64,000 nucleotides of DNA from an uncultured Gammaproteobacteria bacterium. Lineage in GTDB: Bacteria; Pseudomonadota; Gammaproteobacteria; Enterobacterales; Succinivibrionaceae. Each line of letters begins with the position of its first letter. Within the stretch, counting starts at the first letter, position 1. The notes below the pieces were generated by a model. It saw only the letters and a program-made list of their open reading frames with translations. It was not told the DNA's origin and did no database searches. The stretch is from positions 573-64,572 of the forward strand of contig OMZC01000107.1 of NCBI GenBank assembly GCA_900315395.1. Reading direction: 5' to 3'. This document shows, in pieces, positions 17,461-26,884 of the stretch. A program made the position numbers and the translations under genes.

Positions 17461-20289
17461 TTATGCAAAATGTCTGATTTCACCAGTTGACTTAACATTC
17501 TGAACGCAGCGCTTGCATAAGCCAGGGAACTCTGGATCTGCATCAACGCTTTCTTCATAATGCCAGCAACGCTCGCACTTCTTAGCCTTTGATTTCTCAA
17601 CAGAGAAAGCACAATCTAAAACTTCTGACTTGAAGGCATCAGCTGGTGCTTCTTCATCAGATACGATTGCCTTAGAAGTGATTAGAACGAAGCATAACTC
17701 TGATTCAATCTTCTTTAAGTCTTCTAGTAACTGGCCATTTGCGTAAATCTTAAGCTCAGCTTCTAGTGAACCACCAATTACGCCGTTGTTACGAGCAGTT
17801 TCAATTGCCTTGTTAGCTTCATTTCTGAAGTTTAACATTCTAGCCCAGTACTCAGAATTGAACTCTGAAGACTCATCAATCTCATGTAAATCGTCATACC
17901 AGGTTGAGGTGAATACGAACTCATCTCTCTTACCAGGCATTGCTTCCCATGCTTCCTGAGCTGTAAATGACAGGATAGGAGCAATCCAACGGATTAGAGA
18001 TTCTGCAATTATGTATAAAGCGCTCTGGCATGAACGACGTGCAGCACTGTCAGCCTTAGCTGTGTACTGACGGTCCTTGATGATATCTAAGTAGAATGAA
18101 CCTAACTCGATTGAACAGAAGTTCATTAGGATCTGAACTACCTTGTGGAAGTCATACTCTTCGTAGCACTTTAATAATTCTTTCTGAGTCTTTGAAGTCA
18201 GTGATACTGCCCACTTATCTAACTCAACCATATCATTAAATGCAACCTTATCAGTCTCAGGATTGAAGCCGTTTAAGTTTGCAAGTAAGAATCTTACAGT
18301 GTTACGTACACGACGATAAGCATCTGAAGAACGCTTAAAGATTTCGTGTGATACAGCCATATCACCGGTGTAGTCATTTGATGCAATCCATAGACGTAGA
18401 ACATCAGCACCTAACTTGTCGATGATCTCCTGTGGAGCAATAACGTTACCTAATGACTTAGACATCTTGCGGCCCTGACCATCAACGGTAAAGCCGTGGG
18501 TTAGAACCTGCTTGTATGGAGCCTTGTCTTTAGTTGCAACAGACAGCATCAATGAAGACATGAACCAGCCACGATGTTGATCTGAACCTTCTAGGTATAA
18601 GTCAGCGCTGTGGTGATTAAACTCAGGACGCTGATCAACTACTGAGAAGTGAGTTGAACCTGAGTCGAACCAAACGTCTAGAGTGTTTGGATCTTTGTGA
18701 TAGTTTTTAGCCTCTTCAGGACCAATCAGATCTTCAACCTTAAGATCCCACCATGCCTGAATACCATCTTTTTCAACAGCCTTAGCAACCTTCTCGATGA
18801 TTGCTGGTGTATCAGGATGGATCTCATTAGTCTCATTGTTGATTAAAACAGCACATGGCATACCCCAAGTTCTCTGACGAGAAATACACCAGTCAGTACG
18901 CTGTTTTACCATTGCTTCAATACGGTTCTGGCCCCATGCAGGGATCCACTTGGTCTTCTTGATTTCTTCTAAAGATCTTGCACGTAAGCCCTTAGCATCC
19001 ATTGAAATGAACCACTGTGGAGTTGCTCTGAAGATTACAGGGGTCTTATGACGCCAGCAGTGTGGGTAGCTGTGAGAGATTACCTTTAGTTTTACTAAAG
19101 CACCTTTCTCTTTTAGAACTTCAATTACGTTAGGATTTGCCTTTAATACGTTAAGACCTGCAAAGTACTCAACGTCATCCTTAAAGCAGCCATCAGGACC
19201 TACTGGGTTGTAAATCTCTAAACCGTATTTAACAGAAACGTTATAGTCGTCTAGACCATGACCACCTGCGGTGTGAACACAGCCAGTACCAGCTTCTAGG
19301 GTTACGTGAGCACCTAAAATTACTGGAACATCAAAGTTTAAGAATGGGTGATGGAATTTCTGTAACTCTAAAGCCTTACCTGAAACTTCGTCACCTAAAA
19401 CAGAGTACTCTTCGATACCGCACTCTTTCATCACAGTCTCTACAAGATCTGCTGCCATGATGAAACGCTCTGCGCCTTTATCGGTCTTAACCTGTACTAG
19501 AACGTACTTTAACTGCTCGTTCATACAGATAGCTCTGTTAGCAGGTAAAGTCCATGGAGTAGTAGTCCAAATTACGCATGAGATAGGACCTTCGCCCTTT
19601 CCCTGAGCATTGAAAGTAGCTAATACCTTGTCATCATCAGTGCTTGCAAAACGAACATAGATAGAATCGGATTTAACATCAGCGTACTCAACTTCAGCTT
19701 CAGCTAATGCTGACTGACAGTCCATACACCAATAAACAGGCTTTAGACCACGTACGAAGTGACCATTTGCAATAACCTTACCTAAACATCTTAAGGTATC
19801 AGCTTCGGTCTTGTAGTTCATGGTCAGGTATGGATTATCCCAATCACCTAAAACACCTAGACGCTTGAAATCTTTTCTCTGACCGTCAACCTGGCTCTGT
19901 GCATACTTACGGCACTCTTTTCTGAAGGTTGCTGCATCAACTTTAACGCCTGGCTTACCGATTAAGCTTTCAACTTTAACCTCGATTGGAAGACCATGAC
20001 AGTCCCAACCTGGAACATATGGAGAATCAAAGCCAGATAGAGTCTTTGACTTTACAATAATGTCCTTTAATACCTTGTTAATTGAGTGACCAATATGAAT
20101 ATTGCCGTTTGCATATGGAGGACCATCATGCAGAATAAACATATTTGCACCTGCTCTTGCAGTGCGGATCTTCTTATAAAGACAACGCTTCTCCCAGTCC
20201 TGTAACATACCAGGCTCACGCTGAGCTAAATTACCACGCATTGGAAATGCGGTATTAGGAAGGTTTAAAGTACTTTTGTAATCAGCCAT
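17461..20289 (-). CDS. ileS: Isoleucine--tRNA ligase
   Basis: Motifs [13 protein letters not shown] (HIGH) and KMSKSLGN, plus a C-terminal zinc-finger pair (CERCWHY...CKRC). Confidence 0.96.
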   Translation of the reverse strand: MADYKSTLNLPNTAFPMRGNLAQREPGMLQDWEKRCLYKKIRTARAGANMFILHDGPPYANGNIHIGHSINKVLKDIIVKSKTLSGFDSPYVPGWDCHGLPIEVKVESLIGKPGVKVDAATFRKECRKYAQSQVDGQRKDFKRLGVLGDWDNPYLTMNYKTEADTLRCLGKVIANGHFVRGLKPVYWCMDCQSALAEAEVEYADVKSDSIYVRFASTDDDKVLATFNAQGKGEGPISCVIWTTTPWTLPANRAICMNEQLKYVLVQVKTDKGAERFIMAADLVETVMKECGIEEYSVLGDEVSGKALELQKFHHPFLNFDVPVILGAHVTLEAGTGCVHTAGGHGLDDYNVSVKYGLEIYNPVGPDGCFKDDVEYFAGLNVLKANPNVIEVLKEKGALVKLKVISHSYPHCWRHKTPVIFRATPQWFISMDAKGLRARSLEEIKKTKWIPAWGQNRIEAMVKQRTDWCISRQRTWGMPCAVLINNETNEIHPDTPAIIEKVAKAVEKDGIQAWWDLKVEDLIGPEEAKNYHKDPNTLDVWFDSGSTHFSVVDQRPEFNHHSADLYLEGSDQHRGWFMSSLMLSVATKDKAPYKQVLTHGFTVDGQGRKMSKSLGNVIAPQEIIDKLGADVLRLWIASNDYTGDMAVSHEIFKRSSDAYRRVRNTVRFLLANLNGFNPETDKVAFNDMVELDKWAVSLTSKTQKELLKCYEEYDFHKVVQILMNFCSIELGSFYLDIIKDRQYTAKADSAARRSCQSALYIIAESLIRWIAPILSFTAQEAWEAMPGKRDEFVFTSTWYDDLHEIDESSEFNSEYWARMLNFRNEANKAIETARNNGVIGGSLEAELKIYANGQLLEDLKKIESELCFVLITSKAIVSDEEAPADAFKSEVLDCAFSVEKSKAKKCERCWHYEESVDADPEFPGLCKRCVQNVKSTGEIRHFA

Positions 20290-20315
20290 TTTTCCAATCT
20301 ACCAAAAACAATAAT

Positions 20316-21263
20316 TTAAAATTCTTCGTTACTATGTTTTGCAAGGATCTCTTTTGCCTTTTCTTTATCAGCTAAAAGCTGTTCTTGCAAAACTTCAATA
20401 TTTGAAAACTTTACTTCATCACGGATCTTACTGATAAAGAAAACTCTAATGCTCTCTCCGTACAGATCCTGTTTGAAATTGAATAAATTTACCTCAAGCA
20501 GAGCCTTGTTCTGCCCTGCTACTACAGTAGGTCTGTAACCTACGTTTGCCATTCCATCATAAAGAGATACTTTAGACAGAACTTTTACAGCGTAAACACC
20601 TCTTAGAGGTGAAATTCTACGGTTAATATTCACATTAGCTGTAGGGAAACCTAAATTTCGTCCAATTTGATTTCCATGAACGACAATGCCTGACATGGAA
20701 TAGTATCTACCCAAAGCTTCTTTAGCTAGATCAAGCTGACCATGAAACAGATATTCTCGTATCTTAGTGCTAGAGATTCGCTCGTGATTGAGCAATACGC
20801 CGTCTATAGCACTAGCTTCCATTCCTACTTCTGAACCTAACTTTTTAAGATCATCAATAGTGTACTTTCCACCCTCTCCAAAATTAAACAGAGAGCCTAC
20901 AGTTACACTCTTAACCTGAAGCTTTTTGTATAAAAGATCGATTACATATTCTCTTGCAGATAATGCTGCAAAAGCAGCATTAAACTTCATACAAAAAACG
21001 ATCTTTACACCAGCTACTTCAAGAGCTTGAAGTTTATCTCTTAAAGAATATAAACGAGCTGGAGATTTATCTTTAGAAAAGAATTCTAATGGTTGCGGTT
21101 CAAAGATCATGACAGCTGGCACTAGATCAAGCTTTCTAGCTTTCTCTTTCATGCATTCGATAACTGCCTGATGACCTTTATGAAATCCGTCAAAATTGCC
21201 GATAGCTAAGGCAACACCATTTGGTGTACCTTTAAAATCTGACAAACAACGGATTAAACGCAT
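20316..21263 (-). CDS. ribF: Bifunctional riboflavin kinase / FAD synthetase
   Basis: Motifs GNFDGFHKGHQ and the C-terminal riboflavin kinase region (GFPTANV...). Conserved ribF-ileS linkage. Confidence 0.93.
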   Translation of the reverse strand: MRLIRCLSDFKGTPNGVALAIGNFDGFHKGHQAVIECMKEKARKLDLVPAVMIFEPQPLEFFSKDKSPARLYSLRDKLQALEVAGVKIVFCMKFNAAFAALSAREYVIDLLYKKLQVKSVTVGSLFNFGEGGKYTIDDLKKLGSEVGMEASAIDGVLLNHERISSTKIREYLFHGQLDLAKEALGRYYSMSGIVVHGNQIGRNLGFPTANVNINRRISPLRGVYAVKVLSKVSLYDGMANVGYRPTVVAGQNKALLEVNLFNFKQDLYGESIRVFFISKIRDEVKFSNIEVLQEQLLADKEKAKEILAKHSNEEF

Positions 21264-21573
21264 TGGTGATCCTTAAAATAAAACTTATTAGATTTTCTAA
21301 AAACAAACAGGTTCAAAAGCCCATAGAATGAGTAATTATAGCCTAAAAGCACCTTTCTTAACAGTTTTAATTTCTTTGAATAAAATACTTTAAAAACAAA
21401 AAGATATAGAAGATTACCGTACTTTTGTGTTGTTGTTTTATAAAAGTGATGTAAAATAACGCGCAAATTATGGTGTTCTACTTTAATTTTGTAAAAAAAA
21501 TTGTTAGAATACAGCGATTATGTGCCACATCATGACGGAAAGTGGCAATTGTTTAAGAATTCAGGAGCTATTT

Positions 21574-21837
21574 GTGCCTAATATTAAGTCTGCAAAGAAG
21601 CGCGTTGTTATTTCCGAGAAAGCACGTCAGCATAACGTAGCTGCACGTTCAAAGATGCGCACTTTAATCAAGAATGTTTTAAAAGCTGTTGAGTCTGGTG
21701 ACAAAGAAGCTGCAAAGAATGCATTTGCAGTTGCTGAGCCAGTTTTAGACCGTGCTGCATGCAAGGGTCTTGTTCACAAGAACAAAGTTGCTCGTCATAA
21801 GAGCAAGTTAGCAGCTTCAATCAAGGCTATGAACTAG
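21574..21837 (+). CDS. rpsT: 30S ribosomal protein S20 (GTG start)
   Basis: (M)[20 protein letters not shown] is the canonical S20 N-terminus, and AGGAG lies 7 nt upstream of the GTG at 21574. The track start at 21520 is an extension. Confidence 0.9.
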   Translation: MPNIKSAKKRVVISEKARQHNVAARSKMRTLIKNVLKAVESGDKEAAKNAFAVAEPVLDRAACKGLVHKNKVARHKSKLAASIKAMN

Positions 21838-21857
21838 TCTTCAGACAGCTGATAGAA

Positions 21858-21882
21858 AAGCCTCGCTATGCGAGGTTTTTTT
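21858..21882 (+). terminator. rpsT intrinsic terminator
   Basis: CCTCGC-TAT-GCGAGG followed by TTTTTTT. Confidence 0.8.
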
Positions 21883-22093
21883 ATGGCCTTTTAAGACCGT
21901 TATCTTTTCCCATTCCGATATAACACTCCTCGCTTATACCTCTCTGCTACACCATAACACCTTAAGAACTTTTACTTTCTTCAAATCAATTATCCCCTCT
22001 GTCTTATTACCATCTCTGACATTTGAACAAATCAGCACTTGAAAAGCTATGTCATACAGTCAACTTTAAGAATTATTAGAAAGTTTATGATCT

Positions 22094-22236
22094 GAAAAAA
22101 GAAAGCGGTTTTGAGCGCATTTCTCAAAACCGCAAAAGAAAAGGCGTACCACCTTTTTAGAACACATGCAAACGAGTCATTTGCTTGCCTAACTAACGTA
22201 ATTAGTTTTGGTTAACTCGTGTTAGTCTATGCTAAC
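22094..22236 (-). ncRNA. Candidate ~140-nt small RNA (function unknown)
   Basis: Minus-strand TTGAAA-N17-TGTAAT (the plus strand reads TTTCAA at 22266-22271 and ATTACA at 22243-22248). An 11-bp terminator GCGGTTTTGAG/CTCAAAACCGC (22105-22133) is followed on the minus strand by TTTCTTTTTT. No ORF lies between them, and there are several internal hairpins. Confidence 0.35.
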
Positions 22237-22306
22237 CTTAAAATTACATTAAATCAATAGCTTTTTTTCAAATTTTTTCATTTTGCATTATTTTTGACAT
22301 TTGTTT

Positions 22307-22333
22307 GAACTTTTTAAAAGTAGATCACTCTAA
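22307..22333 (+). promoter_or_regulatory. Sigma-E (RpoE)-type promoter A: GAACTT-N16-TCTAA
   Basis: GAACTT at 22307-22312, an exact 16-nt spacer, and CACTCTAAG with TCTAA at 22329-22333. Compare E. coli rpoE P2 GGAACTT-N16-TCTAA, which carries the same CAC before TCTAA. Confidence 0.65.
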
Positions 22334-22339
22334 GGAATA

Positions 22340-22405
22340 TAAAGTGGTTAACCACAAATAATTTTACATCCCATAATAAACCTAGCTCTGCTAGGTTTTT
22401 TTTTT
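22340..22405 (+). ncRNA. Candidate sigma-E-dependent short RNA A (~65 nt), body unrelated to B, C and D
   Basis: Runs from the predicted TSS to the terminator AACCTAGC-TCTG-GCTAGGTT plus T10 (22378-22405). Contains the GUGGUUAACCAC hairpin. Convergent with the binding-protein gene, and the terminator can act on both strands. Confidence 0.5.
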
Positions 22406-22440
22406 ACTTTTTTCGGTGCTATCTACTTTGGGGTTGATAC

Positions 22441-23481
22441 CTATCTTTTGTAAGGCGGAGTGTATTTTTGCTTCATGTAGTTTTTAAATGATGCTATCTT
22501 GATGTAAGGAAGTAAGGTCTTATGATTCTCTGTCTTGTACCAAACAAGTTGAGTTACTTCCTCGTCAGTCTGGGCATCAGATGTTGCAATTTCATAACAT
22601 ACTTTAGCTAATGCAGAAAAATCTGAGAATAGAGTTCCTGTGGCACGACCTGCTTCTACCTCTTTTAACATTTCAGGTAAACCATCTACTCCAAAGACTG
22701 GAATATAGTGCTCTTTATCTTTTACGTCGGTGTTATAACCAAGACTCTTTAGAGCGTCTAACGCTCCTAGAGCCATAGCATCATTATTGGCTACGACAAT
22801 TTCAATATTGCTTATGCCCACAAGATCGATCTGTTTTAAAAGATCCTGTTTTGCATTATTACGATCCCAATTGTCATAGTTTTTAGAAATGATATTAAGA
22901 GGATAACCTTTTTCCTTTAACTTAGTTACGGTCATTACTGTTCGGTTAAAGGTATCTTGGTGGAATTTCTCTCCTTGTAGGATGACCATATCTAACTGAC
23001 CGTTTTTATTCTTATCATAGTGACTTACAGTCTTAAAGTAGTCATCGATTTCATCAGCAATAAAGACACCGGATTGCTCTGAATTAACACCTACATACCA
23101 ACAGTCATCATAGCTTGCTAGAGCTGAGTCAGCAGGTAATCTATTAACAAAGACTACTTTACTACCAGAATCTTTAGCTGCTTCTAAAACCTTAGGTGCA
23201 TCATTTACATCCACAAGATTCACTATGGCAGGCGATCCAGAATAAAGCCCAGTAATAATATTTTCTAACTGTTCTTGATGACGATTTTGAGCATCATAAA
23301 ACTTGAAGTTCAAAGGAGATCTTTCGGAGAGTTTGCCTAAAAATCTGGCAAAAAGATTGATGTAATTGTCATTACCATTGTAATAGTAAACATTGATATT
23401 CGATATTGCATAACATGAAGTTACAGTAAGTCCTAAAGATAGAGAGATAACTTTTAATAAATTCATGCAAAACCGATTCAT
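22441..23481 (-). CDS. Periplasmic sugar-binding-protein-like protein (Peripla_BP / MglB-RbsB-like fold), orphan
   Basis: Signal peptide MNRFCMNLLKVISLSLGLTVTSCYA and alternating beta-alpha pattern (VVFVNR, VVANNDAMALGALDALK, VFGVDG) typical of type I periplasmic binding proteins. Start chosen at the ATG at 23481, with AGGA 8 nt upstream. No ABC permease or ATPase gene is adjacent. Confidence 0.6.
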   Translation of the reverse strand: MNRFCMNLLKVISLSLGLTVTSCYAISNINVYYYNGNDNYINLFARFLGKLSERSPLNFKFYDAQNRHQEQLENIITGLYSGSPAIVNLVDVNDAPKVLEAAKDSGSKVVFVNRLPADSALASYDDCWYVGVNSEQSGVFIADEIDDYFKTVSHYDKNKNGQLDMVILQGEKFHQDTFNRTVMTVTKLKEKGYPLNIISKNYDNWDRNNAKQDLLKQIDLVGISNIEIVVANNDAMALGALDALKSLGYNTDVKDKEHYIPVFGVDGLPEMLKEVEAGRATGTLFSDFSALAKVCYEIATSDAQTDEEVTQLVWYKTENHKTLLPYIKIASFKNYMKQKYTPPYKR

Positions 23482-23872
23482 GACACCATCCTGCTTACGT
23501 TGACCAACGTTAGTCGATAACAATAGGTACGCATACCTAGTTTTATATTTTAGGTGATAATTTGCCTTTCTAAGGGATAAATCCCTATATATGCAAATAC
23601 AGTCACAGTAAAAAGTGAATAAAAACTTAGCTTAATCAAAACTTTGCTAAAAGGAATGATTATTGTTAAGAGAAATGTGATCAGAGATCTTTTGATAACG
23701 ATAATGTAATAGTTTTAACAACGCTTTCCAAACGGTCGTGTATTTTAGGTCTAAATTTGATTAAATGCTTGTAAATCAACAAAATTGCAAAGTATTGCAA
23801 GTAAAAATGAGATCTTATTTTAAGAATAATGAGGCAAATAAAAAAAATATTTGAAAAAATCGAAAATTTTTT

Positions 23873-23899
23873 GAACTTTTTTAAATCAAGGCACTCTAA
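23873..23899 (+). promoter_or_regulatory. Sigma-E-type promoter B: GAACTT-N16-TCTAA
   Basis: GAACTT at 23873-23878, a 16-nt spacer, TCTAA at 23895-23899 preceded by CAC, and an A/T-rich upstream region. Confidence 0.7.
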
Positions 23900-23904
23900 G
23901 AAGT

Positions 23905-23994
23905 ATATCAGTTAAGATTTCTTCAAGCTGGTGACTTTTTTCATTATATATTTTCCTCAAAAGGCCCAATAAAAAGTTATTGGGCTCTTTTTTT
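23905..23994 (+). ncRNA. Candidate sigma-E-dependent sRNA, paralogue B (~90 nt)
   Basis: Conserved body GUAUAUCAGUUAAGAUUUCUUCAAGCUGGUGACUUUUUUCAUUAUAUAUUUUCCUCAAAAGGCC. Terminator GGCCCAATAA/TTATTGGGCT followed by T7 (23988-23994). Confidence 0.65.
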
Positions 23995-24135
23995 ATCTGT
24001 GCTCTACTTTTTATAAGCTGAACTTTAAACTCGAACTTTTTAGAAAAAAACTTTTATAAATGAACCTTAATTTGGCTACAGATAAGACTTTCAGAATAAG
24101 TCATTAATATTTTTGAAAAAATGCAAAAATTTTTT

Positions 24136-24162
24136 GAACTTTTTAAGATTAATGCACTCTAA
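24136..24162 (+). promoter_or_regulatory. Sigma-E-type promoter C: GAACTT-N16-TCTAA
   Basis: GAACTT at 24136-24141, a 16-nt spacer, TCTAA at 24158-24162 preceded by CAC. Confidence 0.7.
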
Positions 24163-24167
24163 GTAGT

Positions 24168-24262
24168 ATATCAGTTAAGATTTCTTCAATGCTGGTGACT
24201 TTTTTCATTATATATTTTCCTCAAAAGGCCCGATAACGAGATGTTTATCGGGCTCTTTTTTT
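24168..24262 (+). ncRNA. Candidate sigma-E-dependent sRNA, paralogue C (~95 nt)
   Basis: Same body as B with a 1-nt insertion (CAATGCTGG versus CAAGCTGG). Terminator GGCCCGATAA/TTATCGGGCT followed by T7. Confidence 0.65.
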
Positions 24263-24376
24263 CTAGTAGCCTATACTGCTGTCAGCAAAAAGACGTTGAG
24301 TTTTCCTTTCATTATCGAAAAATGAATCATACTTATCAGTTTTTTTACCTCAGGATAAAAAATTTGAAATTATTTT

Positions 24377-24403
24377 GAACTTATTGATAGAACAGTACTC
24401 TAA
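24377..24403 (+). promoter_or_regulatory. Sigma-E-type promoter D: GAACTT-N16-TCTAA
   Basis: GAACTT at 24377-24382, a 16-nt spacer, TCTAA at 24399-24403 preceded by TAC. Confidence 0.65.
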
Positions 24404-24408
24404 GAGGT

Positions 24409-24500
24409 ATATCAGTTAGGAATTCTTCAAGCTGGTGACTTTTTTCATTATTTATTTCCTAAAAGGCCTGATGACAAAATGTTCATCAGGCTCTTTTTTT
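24409..24500 (+). ncRNA. Candidate sigma-E-dependent sRNA, paralogue D (~92 nt)
   Basis: Same body with a few substitutions. Terminator GGCCTGATGA/TCATCAGGCT followed by T7. Convergent with tilS. Confidence 0.65.
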
Positions 24501-24540
24501 ATATATTCAGGAAATGAACTACTAGAGAGAGTTCATAAGA

Positions 24541-25854
24541 CTAATCTTTAAGAGTGATCTTCAAAGGAGAGAGCTTAGCTTTTGAAGGATAATCTGAGGT
24601 TATAAAGAGATCGCCAAAAGCAATTACACCATCGGTGTCACGGTCTTTTACTAAGCAATGAACGCCACGTAACCATGCAGGTACTTCGTACTCACCAAAG
24701 AGTTTTTTAATCTCTCTACTGTGAGATCTTGTTAGAGGCTTTAATTTACTACTACCAGTGTAGTTAAAATCAAGAATGACCTCATCTTTTACAAAGTCAT
24801 TATCTAGTGAATACTCAAAACTACCTAGTCTTAAGCGCTCCCCTTTCTTTAAGGGATAGGACTTCTTTTGAGGTAATTCAAGCTTTTTTACAAGATATAA
24901 ATAATGCTTAAAGCGCTTTACTGAGTAATCGCCTAAAAGGATGTCTCCATGCTGATCAGCTGTACTTTGACACAATCTTAAGGTCTCTTGAACCTGATTG
25001 TACTCAGGAGGCATTAGAGTCTTTTCATTTAAGAATAGTCTTATGATACAGGTAGCAAGCGCTGTATCATTTACGTCAAACTTGCTGATATCAAGACGCA
25101 GGTTGTCTTTATCAAAGGCTTCAACATACTTTTCTTTAGCATAGCGCATTGCTAAATCATGTTCATAAGAGCACAGCTTAGCGCTTCTTAAGATAGAGCC
25201 ATCAATACCATTGAAGCGTTCCCTTAATAAAGGCAACACCTTTAATCTCATGAAATTTCTTTCAAATTTTAAATAGGTATTAGAAATATCAAAGACGTGA
25301 TCGTAACCTAAAGCTTCAATGATCTCGATGATCTCGTGCTTGGTATACTCTAGTAACGGTCTTAATATCCTGCCTCGGTTATCCTCAATATAAAAGCTCA
25401 TTCCAGATAAGCCATAAGGACCAGAACCACGCTTTAGAGCCAATAAAAAGTTCTCTACCTGATCATCTGCCTGATGACCTAAGAGCAATACACCATTGTC
25501 TTTAGCATTAGTAAATAAGGCGTTATATCTTTCAGCACGAGAGACTTCCTCAGGTGATCTGCCATTACCATAGACAATATGTAGCTTCGGAGTTACCAAA
25601 GGAGCATCTACTTTTTTACAGAGCTTTTGACAGTGAGCAAGCCAAACAGGATCATCGGCATCTAAACCATGGATGCAATGAACTGCAAGAAGAGAGTAGC
25701 GAGGATCTTTAACTGTAACAGCCTTACCGACTATTAGTGCTAAAGTTGAATCGGCACCACCAGATAAGCCTACGACCAATCTGCATGGTGCCACAGTATG
25801 AATAATTTTATCTGCAAGCTCATTTACAACTTGCAGAGCTTTTTCTTTTAGCAA
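24541..25854 (-). CDS. tilS: tRNA(Ile)-lysidine synthase (probable TTG start)
   Basis: PP-loop motif VGLSGGADS, an N-type ATP pyrophosphatase domain and a C-terminal TilS domain. It overlaps the accA stop by 7 nt. Confidence 0.88.
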   Translation of the reverse strand: MLKEKALQVVNELADKIIHTVAPCRLVVGLSGGADSTLALIVGKAVTVKDPRYSLLAVHCIHGLDADDPVWLAHCQKLCKKVDAPLVTPKLHIVYGNGRSPEEVSRAERYNALFTNAKDNGVLLLGHQADDQVENFLLALKRGSGPYGLSGMSFYIEDNRGRILRPLLEYTKHEIIEIIEALGYDHVFDISNTYLKFERNFMRLKVLPLLRERFNGIDGSILRSAKLCSYEHDLAMRYAKEKYVEAFDKDNLRLDISKFDVNDTALATCIIRLFLNEKTLMPPEYNQVQETLRLCQSTADQHGDILLGDYSVKRFKHYLYLVKKLELPQKKSYPLKKGERLRLGSFEYSLDNDFVKDEVILDFNYTGSSKLKPLTRSHSREIKKLFGEYEVPAWLRGVHCLVKDRDTDGVIAFGDLFITSDYPSKAKLSPLKITLKD

Positions 25855-26804
25855 TATCCGTACTTCATTAAACGAGAATAACGCTGTTCAACGATTCTGT
25901 CAGCAGAAATACCTGATAACTCAGCTAAATCAGTTTCAATACGCTGTTTTAGATTTTCTGCCATCTCATCGTAGTTACGATGTGCACCACCTAGTGGCTC
26001 TTTTACAACGTTATCAATTAAACCTAAGTCCTTGATGCGGTGAGCTGTAATGTTCATAGCTTCAGCAGCTAAAGGAGCCTTATCAGCTGATTTCCATAGA
26101 ATAGAAGCACAGCCTTCAGGTGAAATTACAGAGTAGGTTGAGTACTCCAACATATTTACTCTGTCACCTACACCGATAGCTAAAGCACCGCCTGAACCAC
26201 CTTCGCCGATTACAGTGCAAACTACTGGCACAGTAAGATCAGACATTAACTTTAAGCTCTCAGCAATAGCACCAGCCTGTGAACGCTCTTCAGCACCAAC
26301 ACCTGGATATGCACCTGGAGTGTCAATAAAGGTAATTACAGGCATACCAAATCTTTCAGCAAGCTTCATCAAACGCATTGCTTTACGATAGCCTTCAGGA
26401 CGAGGCATACCAAAGTTTCTTAAGGTACGCTCTTTGGTATCACGGCCTTTCTGATGACCGATTACCATAACAGGTCTACCATTTAAGCGAGCTAAACCAC
26501 CAACGATTGCCTTATCATCAGCAAATGCTCTATCACCTGCTAATTCATGGAAATCTGTAAAAATTCTCTGAATGTAGTCTAAGGTGTATGGACGCATTGG
26601 ATGTCTTGACAGCTGAGAAATCTGCCAATCGCTTAATGAAGAGAAAATCTTTTTGGTCAACTCAAGATTTTTCTTCTCTAACTGATTTAGTTCTGAAGTT
26701 AGATCAACTCCTGAGCTTGAATCAGCGCTAAGTCTTTTTAATTCTTCAATATGAGCTAGCAGATCTGCAATTGGCTGCTCGAATTCTAGATAATTAATAT
26801 TCAT
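25848..26804 (-). CDS. accA: Acetyl-CoA carboxylase carboxyltransferase subunit alpha
   Basis: [15 protein letters not shown] aligns with E. coli AccA MSLNFLDFEQPIAEL. Also has the motif [10 protein letters not shown]. The track start at 26879 is a TTG extension. Confidence 0.94.
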   Translation of the reverse strand: MNINYLEFEQPIADLLAHIEELKRLSADSSSGVDLTSELNQLEKKNLELTKKIFSSLSDWQISQLSRHPMRPYTLDYIQRIFTDFHELAGDRAFADDKAIVGGLARLNGRPVMVIGHQKGRDTKERTLRNFGMPRPEGYRKAMRLMKLAERFGMPVITFIDTPGAYPGVGAEERSQAGAIAESLKLMSDLTVPVVCTVIGEGGSGGALAIGVGDRVNMLEYSTYSVISPEGCASILWKSADKAPLAAEAMNITAHRIKDLGLIDNVVKEPLGGAHRNYDEMAENLKQRIETDLAELSGISADRIVEQRYSRLMKYGYC

Positions 26805-26884
26805 CACGTTGGATTTAACCTCACAGGTTTTCCTATTAGTCAATCGTTCAATTTTACTACAAAAGCTGAATTTAGACAAAAGTT

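Noticed and set aside
21254-21466. 70-aa ORF overlapping the ribF start in the ribF-rpsT divergent promoter region
   Set aside because: It has low-complexity AT-rich codons, no SD, and lies in a promoter region. It is most likely a chance ORF.
23915-23947. Minus-strand mini-ORFs antisense to the sRNA paralogues (MKKVTSLKKS and relatives), considered as leader peptides
   Set aside because: A 1-nt insertion in copy C changes the frame and length (19 aa). The conserved promoters and the 7-T terminator tails are on the plus strand. This is kept only as an alternative hypothesis in the findings.
23873-24403. A sigma-54 reading of the GGCAC/TGCAC element in the sRNA promoters
   Set aside because: There is no TTGC element at the required N5 spacing, and the GGCAC is not conserved (GATCAC, GGCAC, TGCAC, AGTAC). 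The invariant parts are GAACTT and TCTAA with an exact 16-nt spacer, which fits sigma-E.
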